Assembly: GCA_050292115.1 (NCBI GenBank)
Contig: JBNKLA010000057.1
Span: 239-64,238 of the forward strand
Source: Sulfurimonadaceae bacterium
Lineage (GTDB): Bacteria; Campylobacterota; Campylobacteria; Campylobacterales; Sulfurimonadaceae
Direction: 5' to 3'
Length of the DNA: 64,000 nucleotides
Shown: in pieces, positions 36,243 through 44,542 of the stretch
How the letters are laid out: each line of letters starts with the position of its first letter
Numbering within the stretch: the stretch's first letter is position 1
The notes under the pieces: generated by a model
The model's input: only the letters and a program-made list of their open reading frames with translations
What the model was told of the DNA's origin: nothing
The model's database searches: none
Position numbers and translations under genes: made by a program

Positions 36243-38840
36243 TCAAACCTTCACACCCGCATAAAAAACCGATGTCGGCGCAGAGAAATTCGGCACATCG
36301 TCATACACAAAAACAGCGTAATATTTATTGACGTCCAGTGCACCGAAGTTATCAAAGGTATAGTTGTCTTTTCCACCATAAAGCTTTTGCCCGTCATAGG
36401 GCGTACACGGCACGCGAAACGGGTTCTTAACTACAATCACGCCGTTGTAGCCCTCACTAGCGCTAGGGCGATCCCAATCCAGCCGAATCATGCCGTTCTC
36501 TTTGCTAATACGCAGATTTTCAGCACTCTGCGGTGCTTCACGCCGTTTTTTGATGTACTCTATTACCAGTTTAGGGCGTGCAGTGCGCTTCTCATCAAGC
36601 CACTGTACATTTTGATTTTTAACAAACGATTTTTCCGACGTAGGTGAAAGGACAAACATCAGTTTCTCTTCTTCGCGGATGGCACTTACCATCTCTTCGA
36701 TAGCATAACGATCAAAAATCAAGACACGTTCACGGTTTTGTTTCAGATCAGACACACTCACGTCATACCCGATACGCTCAACCACTTCACGCTTTTTAAG
36801 CGCATCGTAGCTTCGCAATCCTTCATGTTTTTTGACCATCTCCAGATGAAAACGTTGCACCGGATTAGAGTCGATCTTTTGCGCTTCGATTACTACATAA
36901 GCATTGGTGATAATCGTCGTATCGATATCGGGAACCTGACACAGATCAAACTCGATAGCGCCGTAGTTGCGATCGCCATCGCTATTAAAACCCACCAGTA
37001 GCGACGACTCTTCGATCATCGACTTGGAGATTGTAAATTCCGCTTGTGAGAGCAGTTCAATATGCGCCTCTTCAAGCGTGTACTCAATCTCTAAGCGCGG
37101 TCTAAAGTGCAAGCCACCACTATAGCTACCGTAGCCGATATCCCACTGCATCAGTTGCGAAGAGCGATCCAGCGGCAGACGGCGCGGCCCCTCCATACGA
37201 AAGGTCACTTTGCGGCGTTTGAGTGCATCTTGCAAAATATCGCGCTCTTGTTTAGCAAAAGTATACGTTCGCCAAATGCCCTGCGTGAGCTGGTCTGAAC
37301 GCGTCGGGTTGCCCACATAGCCCAGCATTTCGGCATTTTTAATCTCATCATAACTGTACAAACTATCGCAGGTGCGCTCATCCATAATCCCCACACGCCA
37401 CTCGCCAAAACGCTCCACCTGCACCGAGACGCGGTTCATGGGGTAAAACGAGATGCGCGCGCTTTTCACCAGCGCGTTTTCGGGAATCGTATCGAGTGAA
37501 AAACTGCTCACGCCAAAACACTCTCCACGCCCCTCAGAGATACCTACAAAGAGTGAATTTTCTCCAAAATGCTCTTTGTTTTTGAGTGTCTTTTCCCCTA
37601 CATAGCCGATCTCATCACGAAGCGGAAAGAGCTCTTTGGAGAATTTACCAAGTTCAGGCTTGGTACGCACGCCCACCACGGGTGCAAACGGTGATTTAAT
37701 ATAGCGCTTTTTATTCACCGCGCGAATAAAATAGAAGTAGGTTGTAGCCGTAGGCAGATGGCGGTCGATAAAGCGGCGATCTTTTGTCATTCCGATGCGG
37801 TTGGAACTTTGTGAATACCCCTTAAGACTGCGAGAGCGAAAAATCTCAAAATAGATCTCGTCATCACTCTCATACTCCCACTCTAGCGTCACTTCACGCG
37901 AGTTATAATTACGCACCACAAAGTTTTGAACGCGCTCAAGACCTTCGTTTTTTTCATAATTGGGCACCTCGGAGAGTGCAAACATGAGCGCGGGAATGTT
38001 TTCGTTGATATGCTCTTGCATATGCTCTTTATAATCGGAAATATTGCGCGTTCCCACCTCAACCGTCAGTGCCAGTGCACCTTGCGAATAGTAAAATTCG
38101 CGCCCGCTTCCGCTAATAAGATGTGTGGGCGGTTTACCCATGTGCACTCCGTATTCACGGTCGGAGACCTTGCGAATCTCCTCGGCCATATTGGCGGAAA
38201 GCACATTAAGATCAGTCGCATCTATTGCATCTTCGTGTATAAAGTTGTGTGCCGGAAAAAAGACATTGCCCTGAGAGTGGTAGTCAAGTGCAATGGTAAT
38301 ATTGGGATGTGCCAGCACAAAATCGCGCAATGCTACGGTTTCGGGCTCACTAAAAGCTGAAGGCCCCGAATAGACATTGGAGGCGGTATCTTTATTGGGC
38401 GCAAATCCCACCGAGAAGTTACGGTTGAGATCCACCCCAAAACTCCCATCGGCATTATGGCGGCGATTTTTGCGCCAAAAAGCATAATGGTTGCGCGAAT
38501 ACTCAAACCCGTCGGGATTCGCGCACGGTACAATATAAAAGGTAGCGCGTTCTAAGAGCGAAATCAGTTGCGGATCGTACTCGATATGCTCTATTACATG
38601 TAGGCCAAAAGCCATAGCCAGTTCGATGCCAATCCACTCGCGCGCATGAATGGTGCCGGTATAAAAGAGTGCGGGATGGGTATCGGCACTCTGAATGTCG
38701 TTGCTGATCGTTACGGCAATAAGTTCGCGCTCTTCCCAAGTGGTGCCTATCGTCTCAACTTTGAAGATGTCGGGCAATTGTTCCTGTGCCGATCTAAAAA
38801 AATCCACACACTCCTGATACGAACTGTACTGCTGTCTCAC
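36243..38840 (-). CDS. M14-family zinc carboxypeptidase with a ~550-aa C-terminal extension and no signal peptide
   Basis: GTG start. N-terminal YSSYQECVDFF...IGTTWEERELIAVTIS, zinc ligands HAREW and DYHS, and a catalytic TVEVG. The C-terminal part contains FN3-like segments. Confidence 0.8.
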   Translation of the reverse strand: MRQQYSSYQECVDFFRSAQEQLPDIFKVETIGTTWEERELIAVTISNDIQSADTHPALFYTGTIHAREWIGIELAMAFGLHVIEHIEYDPQLISLLERATFYIVPCANPDGFEYSRNHYAFWRKNRRHNADGSFGVDLNRNFSVGFAPNKDTASNVYSGPSAFSEPETVALRDFVLAHPNITIALDYHSQGNVFFPAHNFIHEDAIDATDLNVLSANMAEEIRKVSDREYGVHMGKPPTHLISGSGREFYYSQGALALTVEVGTRNISDYKEHMQEHINENIPALMFALSEVPNYEKNEGLERVQNFVVRNYNSREVTLEWEYESDDEIYFEIFRSRSLKGYSQSSNRIGMTKDRRFIDRHLPTATTYFYFIRAVNKKRYIKSPFAPVVGVRTKPELGKFSKELFPLRDEIGYVGEKTLKNKEHFGENSLFVGISEGRGECFGVSSFSLDTIPENALVKSARISFYPMNRVSVQVERFGEWRVGIMDERTCDSLYSYDEIKNAEMLGYVGNPTRSDQLTQGIWRTYTFAKQERDILQDALKRRKVTFRMEGPRRLPLDRSSQLMQWDIGYGSYSGGLHFRPRLEIEYTLEEAHIELLSQAEFTISKSMIEESSLLVGFNSDGDRNYGAIEFDLCQVPDIDTTIITNAYVVIEAQKIDSNPVQRFHLEMVKKHEGLRSYDALKKREVVERIGYDVSVSDLKQNRERVLIFDRYAIEEMVSAIREEEKLMFVLSPTSEKSFVKNQNVQWLDEKRTARPKLVIEYIKKRREAPQSAENLRISKENGMIRLDWDRPSASEGYNGVIVVKNPFRVPCTPYDGQKLYGGKDNYTFDNFGALDVNKYYAVFVYDDVPNFSAPTSVFYAGVKV

Positions 38841-38849
38841 GCCGCTCCC

Positions 38850-38859
38850 TTACATGTAA
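38850..38859. repeat. TTACATGTAA palindrome in a 22-nt intercistronic gap
   Basis: Minus-strand reading: TAA gcg TTACATGTAA GGGAGcggc GTG. The motif abuts the RBS of the M14 gene. Confidence 0.95.
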
Positions 38860-38862
38860 CGC

Positions 38863-40182
38863 TTAAGCGAAATGCTTTCTCCACTGCTCAAGCTGCTCTG
38901 TTGCGATGAAATCATAGTCAGCCAATCCTTCGTAGGAGCTTACTTCGCCACTATCGATCAACTCTCTGATTTTCACGGCAATCGCTTCATCCATGCCATA
39001 AAGCGTCATCAGTTCGGTCAGTGTTACCGTGGTAAAATCAAATGTATGTTCTTCCGGTAGTTCGTCAGGTGCATCCTCATCCTCGGTTTTCACCATCTCG
39101 GGAAGCTCCTCCTCGCTAAGTGGCGGTGCAATCGGCTCGGGCACATCAGTCGGATGTGATGCATCGGTGCGCTCCATCTCAAAATCGCCCTTATCGGCCA
39201 GCCAGTAGGCACCGTCTGTCGAAGGTGTGTATTTAGCAAAATAGAGGTGACGTAGGGTGCGTAGCAGTGACGCATCCATCTTACCAAGCTCCTCCCACGA
39301 AAAGAGCGGTACGTGTGGCATTTTAAAATAGCCTTCGCTTAGATCCCACATGACATATTGACCAATCCAGTCGCGAATATACGGAAATGCCGCAAAGGCC
39401 GTAGCGCACTCTAAAATATACGCCTCTTTGCTTTTTTCATCTATGGCGATATCACACGCCCAATACTCCGCTTTAGCCGCTTTAGAGGCTTTGACCGCCA
39501 ACTCCAGTGCATTCATCGGTACGTTTTCATAGCTCATAGAGCCACCTTGAGAGGTGTTGGTAATCCACGCCCCCTGCCCCGAATAGCGCCAAAATGCGCA
39601 CACAGGTTTATGGCCGATAAGCATCACACGGATATCGCCAGAATCTTTGAGCGCTATTGCATCTTGCAGGTACATCGGCACGTATTTTTTCTGATCAAAG
39701 AGCGCTTTGGCCTCGGCATGATTATCGACTTTATGCACATAATAACCGCCGTAGTTCGAGGGCCCGTAGGAGCGTTTGACAATCTTGGGGTATTTGGCCG
39801 TCTTAAGATACTCATACCCTTTTTTCACATCATAAAAAATCTCCGTATGCGGCGCTTGGAGATTGTATTTACGGCAAAAAAGCGTTACGTTCTCTTTGGA
39901 CTTATTGGAAAATTGCGTCTCGATTGAGGGCAAAAACCGCACGTTTGGAAGCGCTTTGGCGATCTCTTTAAAAGTCTCATACGCCGTTGCCGGAATATTG
40001 CCCACCAATACGTCGATCTTTTTGGCTTGTACCTCTTTAATAAAACGCTCTTTGTCGTTGCCCCAGTGATACACTACAGTCTCGATTTTGTCGGGCCATC
40101 CCTTGAAGTTGCTTTTATCAAAAAAACGCAGTACATAATCGAGATACAGTAATCCCAGCTTCGGCAGTTTTGGTGTGCTCAT
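38863..40182 (-). CDS. ATP-grasp ligase-like protein with an acidic tail and a C-terminal helix-hairpin-helix-like segment
   Basis: ATP-grasp hallmarks (YPKIVKRSYG, GDIRVMLIGHK, NTSQGGS, ACDIAIDE...YILECA). The C-terminus EEELPEMVKTEDEDAPDELPEE is followed by LTELMTLYGMDEAIAVKIRELI. Confidence 0.7.
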   Translation of the reverse strand: MSTPKLPKLGLLYLDYVLRFFDKSNFKGWPDKIETVVYHWGNDKERFIKEVQAKKIDVLVGNIPATAYETFKEIAKALPNVRFLPSIETQFSNKSKENVTLFCRKYNLQAPHTEIFYDVKKGYEYLKTAKYPKIVKRSYGPSNYGGYYVHKVDNHAEAKALFDQKKYVPMYLQDAIALKDSGDIRVMLIGHKPVCAFWRYSGQGAWITNTSQGGSMSYENVPMNALELAVKASKAAKAEYWACDIAIDEKSKEAYILECATAFAAFPYIRDWIGQYVMWDLSEGYFKMPHVPLFSWEELGKMDASLLRTLRHLYFAKYTPSTDGAYWLADKGDFEMERTDASHPTDVPEPIAPPLSEEELPEMVKTEDEDAPDELPEEHTFDFTTVTLTELMTLYGMDEAIAVKIRELIDSGEVSSYEGLADYDFIATEQLEQWRKHFA

Positions 40183-41090
40183 CTATTCTCCTGTTTTTTG
40201 GTCTTACGGTCAATCATATCCACAATCAACTCGATTTTGCGCTCGTTAAAGTTAATCCCCATCTTCTCTTGCTCCGGTGTGGCAAATGCCGGAATACCGT
40301 TAACTTCAAGCACCGTGTAGCACTCGCGGTCAAGATCATATAAAATATCAACCCCCGCAATATCCATCCCCAGTGCTTTGGCCGCCGAAACTGCAACATC
40401 AACCACCTCATCATTGGGTTCGCGCAAAATGATGCTACCGCCCGCCGTCACATTGGTACGCCAGTCGCGACCTGTGGCTTTGCGCCCATAGCAACCCACA
40501 AACTTCCCATCAACCACATCGATACGGTAATCGGAAAAATCGTAATTAATAAAGCGCTCCACATAGATGTTGCGAATATTCATCTGATTAATAAAAGGCA
40601 TCAGCATATCAAAATTTTCACGGCTGTTTAGTAGCGCCATACCTGCACCGCCCCAACCGTCAATGGGTTTAAACACCATTTTGCCCCATGTGTCGATCCG
40701 CTCATACAGATGATCCAAGTCGCTCTCGCGGTGACAGATAAAAAAGTCGCTCGTCGGCACGCCGGCACGTTGCAACGCCATATTGGTGCGTAGCTTATCT
40801 TCGGAGAGTTTAAAGGCGTCAAAACTGTTGACCGTCGTGATTATGTCGGCAAGGATTTCGTACATGTAAACCTGCCCCAGCGTCTGCTCTCCGGCGTTGT
40901 AGGAGAAAAAAAGATCAAGATCAAACATATTGGTGGCGTTACACATCATCGCGCCGTTATGCACTTCGGCAAAACGCAGATCAAGCCCCTGAACCACATC
41001 GATGTCACGTTCACGAAGCTTGGCCTCGATCTGCTTTTGAATACGATCGCCGCCGCTGTTAGTGTACATCCACATTCCAATTTTACGCAT
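40179..41090 (-). CDS. RimK-family ATP-grasp alpha-L-glutamate ligase-like protein
   Basis: KMVFKPIDGWGGAGM, DYRIDVVDGKF, WRTNVTAGGS and AGVDILYD...YTVLEVNGIP. The ATG at 41090 is preferred and gives an 8-nt overlap with the upstream M20 gene. Confidence 0.8.
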   Translation of the reverse strand: MRKIGMWMYTNSGGDRIQKQIEAKLRERDIDVVQGLDLRFAEVHNGAMMCNATNMFDLDLFFSYNAGEQTLGQVYMYEILADIITTVNSFDAFKLSEDKLRTNMALQRAGVPTSDFFICHRESDLDHLYERIDTWGKMVFKPIDGWGGAGMALLNSRENFDMLMPFINQMNIRNIYVERFINYDFSDYRIDVVDGKFVGCYGRKATGRDWRTNVTAGGSIILREPNDEVVDVAVSAAKALGMDIAGVDILYDLDRECYTVLEVNGIPAFATPEQEKMGINFNERKIELIVDMIDRKTKKQENR

Positions 41091-42189
41091 CAAAACTCCC
41101 CTTTTTAATAAAGTGCTCAAACAGCTTTACACTTAAATCGATACGTGATGCAAAACTCGCCTTGCTGGCGCGCTCATGCACCGTATGATCGCCATCGCCA
41201 AACGGCCCCAAACCGTCAAGCGTTACCACGCCTTGCGAACTCACAATATTCGCATCGCTCACGCCGCCACGCTCTTCGTAAAGTAAACGCTCGCCCGTAA
41301 TGCGTTCAATCGCATCAATCCACGCCATCGAGGCTTTGGAAGGCTGCATCACATCGCGCTGGATACCGCCACTAAGTTGAGATGTGCTCCCCTCAACATA
41401 CGATGTACTCACTATCGTATCAATCGCGTGAAGCAGACGCTCACGTTCATCGGCACTTTTGTAGCGTATTTCAAAGAGCAGATGGGCGCGTGGCGAAATC
41501 GTATTGGCTCCAATACCGCCTTCGATTTTGCCGACATTTACGGTGGTGCCTTTATCTAAATTGGTAAGGGCTACAAGTTTTTGGATTTTATAACTTGCCT
41601 CAAGATTGGCATCGATCCCTTCGGCATAGTGATTGCCCGCATGTTTGGCCAGCCCCGTAATCGTAATCGTAAAAGTTCCGACCCCTTTACGCGCTGTGAC
41701 CACTTCGCCCTTAGCACCCGCCGCTTCATATACCAAAGCGTAATCATACTCTTGTGCCAGCTTCGCGCTCAGCAATTTAGAGTCATCACTACCCGTCTCT
41801 TCGTCACTCACCAACAGCATGTCGATATTGTGAATCTCCATACCCTTTACATGTAAGGCTCTAAGGGCTTCAAGCGCTACGATATTACCGCCTTTCATAT
41901 CGCATACACCAGGGCCATATATCCACTGATCATCTTCGCTATAGGTCTCAAAAGTATCGGGAGGAAAAACGGTATCAAGGTGGCCTAATAAAAGCAGTTT
42001 CTTACCCTCAGCGCTTTTTGAGCGGTAATGACGGTGCCCGCCAATCAGTTCACGCTGATGATGCTCTACATGAAAACCAAGCGGTTCAAGCCATGCATCA
42101 AACTGCTCGCCGACTGCATCGACACCTGCCTTGTTTTTGGTGTACGAGTTGATACAAACAATCGTTTTCAGATCGTCAAGATAGTGCAT
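41083..42189 (-). CDS. M20-family metallopeptidase (glutamate carboxypeptidase/CPG2-like)
   Basis: LLLGHLDTVFP, CDMKGG and SDEETGS metal-binding and catalytic motifs. No signal peptide. Confidence 0.85.
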   Translation of the reverse strand: MHYLDDLKTIVCINSYTKNKAGVDAVGEQFDAWLEPLGFHVEHHQRELIGGHRHYRSKSAEGKKLLLLGHLDTVFPPDTFETYSEDDQWIYGPGVCDMKGGNIVALEALRALHVKGMEIHNIDMLLVSDEETGSDDSKLLSAKLAQEYDYALVYEAAGAKGEVVTARKGVGTFTITITGLAKHAGNHYAEGIDANLEASYKIQKLVALTNLDKGTTVNVGKIEGGIGANTISPRAHLLFEIRYKSADERERLLHAIDTIVSTSYVEGSTSQLSGGIQRDVMQPSKASMAWIDAIERITGERLLYEERGGVSDANIVSSQGVVTLDGLGPFGDGDHTVHERASKASFASRIDLSVKLFEHFIKKGSFDA

Positions 42190-42300
42190 TCAACACCTCT
42201 ACATGTAAGAGTGGAAATATAAAATGCGATTATACAGCGAAATAATTGAAATTGGTTAAAAAGTTGCGGAAGTTTTAAACAGAAGCGGGGAGTCCGAAAA

Positions 42301-42657
42301 TTACTTTCGGAGCTCTTTAATACGTGCGGCTTTACCGGCACGGTTGCGAAGATAGAAGAGTTTCGCACGACGAACACGACCGCGGCGAATCACTTTAATC
42401 TCTTCGATGCTGTCACTGTAGATTGGAAATACACGCTCAATCCCTACACCGTTAGCACCGATTTTGCGTACATTTACACTGCGTCCGGTACCTTCGCCGC
42501 GAAGTGCGATACAGACACCTTCATAGTTTTGAACACGTGTTTTTTCACCCTCTTTAATGGTTACAGAGAGGCGAAGCGTGTCACCTGCGCGAAATTCGGG
42601 AATATTTTTCTCTGCGATCTGCGCTTTTTCAAAGTTTTCGATGTACTTATTTCTCAT
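42301..42657 (-). CDS. rplS: 50S ribosomal protein L19
   Basis: [14 protein letters not shown]...FRAGDTLRL. The internal ATG at 42657 is preferred over the tracked 42675. Confidence 0.95.
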   Translation of the reverse strand: MRNKYIENFEKAQIAEKNIPEFRAGDTLRLSVTIKEGEKTRVQNYEGVCIALRGEGTGRSVNVRKIGANGVGIERVFPIYSDSIEEIKVIRRGRVRRAKLFYLRNRAGKAARIKELRK

Positions 42658-43339
42658 AAGTGCTCCTTTTTTCATGCTGAATCAGCTGCCCCGGCCGGAA
42701 ATATTTCGTCTTGGCTTTTGCAAGGGCGTTTTTTAGTGCCGTGATTTTACTATGGTTTCCCTTTAAAAATTCTGATGGTGTGCCCATATTTTCATAATTT
42801 GCCGGTTTTGTGAATGTCGGTGCTTCTAAAAGTTGCGTTTCAAAGCTCTCGGTCTCCAGTGAGCCGCTATTCCCTAAAACCCCATCAACATTTCGTAAAA
42901 TCGCATCGCTCATTACCAAAGAGGGAAGTTCACCGCCGGTAAGTACATAATCTCCAATACTAAAGAGCTCATCGCCAAAGCGCTCAATCACCCGCTCGTC
43001 AATTCCCTCATAACGCCCGCTTACAAAAACCACATGCGGCTTTTGCGCCAGACGCTTGGCATCGTTTTGCGTAAAAGGTTTGCCCACAGGCGTTGTAAAA
43101 ACAATATGGGCATCTTTAAACGCATCAAGCGCATCAAAAAGCGGTTGAGGGGTCATCACCATTCCTGCGCCGCCGCCTGCCGCAGTGTCATCCGTTTTAT
43201 GGTGCTTTGAGGCCGAGTAGTCGCGCGGATTGCAGTAATCCACGCTAAACAGCCCTTTTTGCAGGGCGCGGTTTAAAATGGAGTCTTGAAAATAGCCCTC
43301 GATAAGGTTTTGAAAAAGGGTAACGTAAGTAATACGCAT
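42647..43339 (-). CDS. trmD: tRNA (guanine37-N1)-methyltransferase
   Basis: GGGAGMVM and YVLTGGELP motifs; operon position between rimM and rplS. Confidence 0.93.
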   Translation of the reverse strand: MRITYVTLFQNLIEGYFQDSILNRALQKGLFSVDYCNPRDYSASKHHKTDDTAAGGGAGMVMTPQPLFDALDAFKDAHIVFTTPVGKPFTQNDAKRLAQKPHVVFVSGRYEGIDERVIERFGDELFSIGDYVLTGGELPSLVMSDAILRNVDGVLGNSGSLETESFETQLLEAPTFTKPANYENMGTPSEFLKGNHSKITALKNALAKAKTKYFRPGQLIQHEKRSTYEK

Positions 43340-43878
43340 TACGATGCCTGTAGCAAATCGAGTCCGCCGCTCACTTCGATGGTTTTGCGCTCGATATCGG
43401 TGGCAACGATAAACGGCGGCTGATAGGGGATCAAAAAGCGCCCGCTTTCGCCTTGCGATACCAGTGCGGCATCGGTTTTAATGCTCAGATAATCCAGCGC
43501 ACCGATACGCTCAATCTCTTTGACCACACCCAGCACCATGCCGTTTTCGATGACGCTGCATTCCATAATGTCAAACCAAAAAAACTCCCCCTCTTCAAGC
43601 GCGCAATTTTCGCGGGTCGCTTCGTAGGTGGTGTAGAGTTTGGCATTGATAAAACGCTTGGCATCTTCAGGTGAGTTGATACCTTTGAGTTTTACCGTGC
43701 CGCGGTTTTCGTTATAAGACTCAATTACCAGCTCTCGCCGATCTTTGTCCAAAAATTCGGCACCGTTAAAAAACTGTTCGGGAAAATCGCTTTTTATATG
43801 AAGTTTCATATCGCCTTTAAGCCCCACGGTCTTACCGAGGGTGGCGACATGAAGAAGGTTATCGGATGGGTTCGACAT
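43339..43878 (-). CDS. rimM: 16S rRNA processing protein RimM
   Basis: VATLGKTVGLKGDMKL N-terminus and a PRC barrel C-terminus. The ATG at 43878 is preferred over the tracked 43938. Confidence 0.85.
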   Translation of the reverse strand: MSNPSDNLLHVATLGKTVGLKGDMKLHIKSDFPEQFFNGAEFLDKDRRELVIESYNENRGTVKLKGINSPEDAKRFINAKLYTTYEATRENCALEEGEFFWFDIMECSVIENGMVLGVVKEIERIGALDYLSIKTDAALVSQGESGRFLIPYQPPFIVATDIERKTIEVSGGLDLLQAS

Positions 43879-44098
43879 TGATGCGGTAACTTTTGCCGTC
43901 TTTGGCTTTACAGCCTGAAATGACGGTCTTGATCGCACCGATCATTTTGCCCTCTTTGCCAATCAATTTACCGACATCGGATTGATTGGCATGAAGTGTA
44001 ATCTCAATGATTTCGTCATGTTCACTTGAGCCGACCGAAATATCGTCAGGATGCGAGGCAATCAGTTTGGCAAACTGTTCAACGAAATCTTCGACCAC
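43859..44098 (-). CDS. KH-domain RNA-binding protein (YlqC/UPF0109)
   Basis: 79 aa with a GKLIGKEGKMIGAIKTV KH GXXG loop. Conserved position between rpsP and rimM. Confidence 0.8.
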   Translation of the reverse strand: MVEDFVEQFAKLIASHPDDISVGSSEHDEIIEITLHANQSDVGKLIGKEGKMIGAIKTVISGCKAKDGKSYRINVEPIR

Positions 44099-44100
44099 GA

Positions 44101-44328
44101 TTAACGGCCTGTAATCTTTTTAACGCGATCCGACATTTTAGCGCCTACGCCAATCCAGTAGTCAAGGCGCTCATTGTCAACTTTAAGCTCTTTGTTTTCG
44201 CCCATTGGGTTGTAGTGGCCGATAAGCTCAATCCAGCCGCCGTCACGACGCTTGCGTGAGTCGGTTACGACGATACGATAAAAAGGTTGTTTTTTACGAC
44301 CCATACGAGTCAAACGAATTACTGTCAT
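44101..44328 (-). CDS. rpsP: 30S ribosomal protein S16
   Basis: [21 protein letters not shown]. The ATG at 44328 is preferred over the tracked 44478. Confidence 0.95.
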   Translation of the reverse strand: MTVIRLTRMGRKKQPFYRIVVTDSRKRRDGGWIELIGHYNPMGENKELKVDNERLDYWIGVGAKMSDRVKKITGR

Positions 44329-44387
44329 AGTATTCCTACAGATATAAAATTTGGTACAAAATTCAGGAAAAAACAAAGTGAAAAGGC

Positions 44388-44397
44388 TTACATGTAA
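44388..44397. repeat. TTACATGTAA palindrome upstream of rpsP
   Basis: GCTTACATGTAAGC is a 14-bp perfect palindrome, 60 nt upstream of the rpsP ATG. Confidence 0.95.
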
Positions 44398-44542
44398 GCG
44401 TAGAAAACTTTGCCTCTTAACCGTCTTTTTGTGGACGTCACACGCACCGAAACCTGTCGGTGCTTCGTCTTTTATCACAGAGGGATTCTTTAAGAGACGA
44501 AAACGATGGCGAAATTATAGCAGATTTTTTTCTAAATTCAAA

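Noticed and set aside
42293-42311. The hairpin TCCGAAA/TTTCGGA overlapping the rplS stop, as a terminator.
   Set aside because: The stem is only 7 bp and no U-tract follows on the transcribed strand. That is insufficient to call a terminator.
44101-44478. Long N-terminal extensions in tracked ORFs: rpsP to 44478, rimM to 43938, rplS to 42675, the TPR gene to 52004, the epimerase to 10865, the small Cys-rich protein to 13644 and the RimK-like gene to 41120.
   Set aside because: Internal ATG/GTG codons reproduce the canonical N-termini of these families (e.g. [13 protein letters not shown] for S16, MRNKYIE for L19, MKILVTGSAGFIG). The extensions have no coding character and would overlap upstream genes or promoters.
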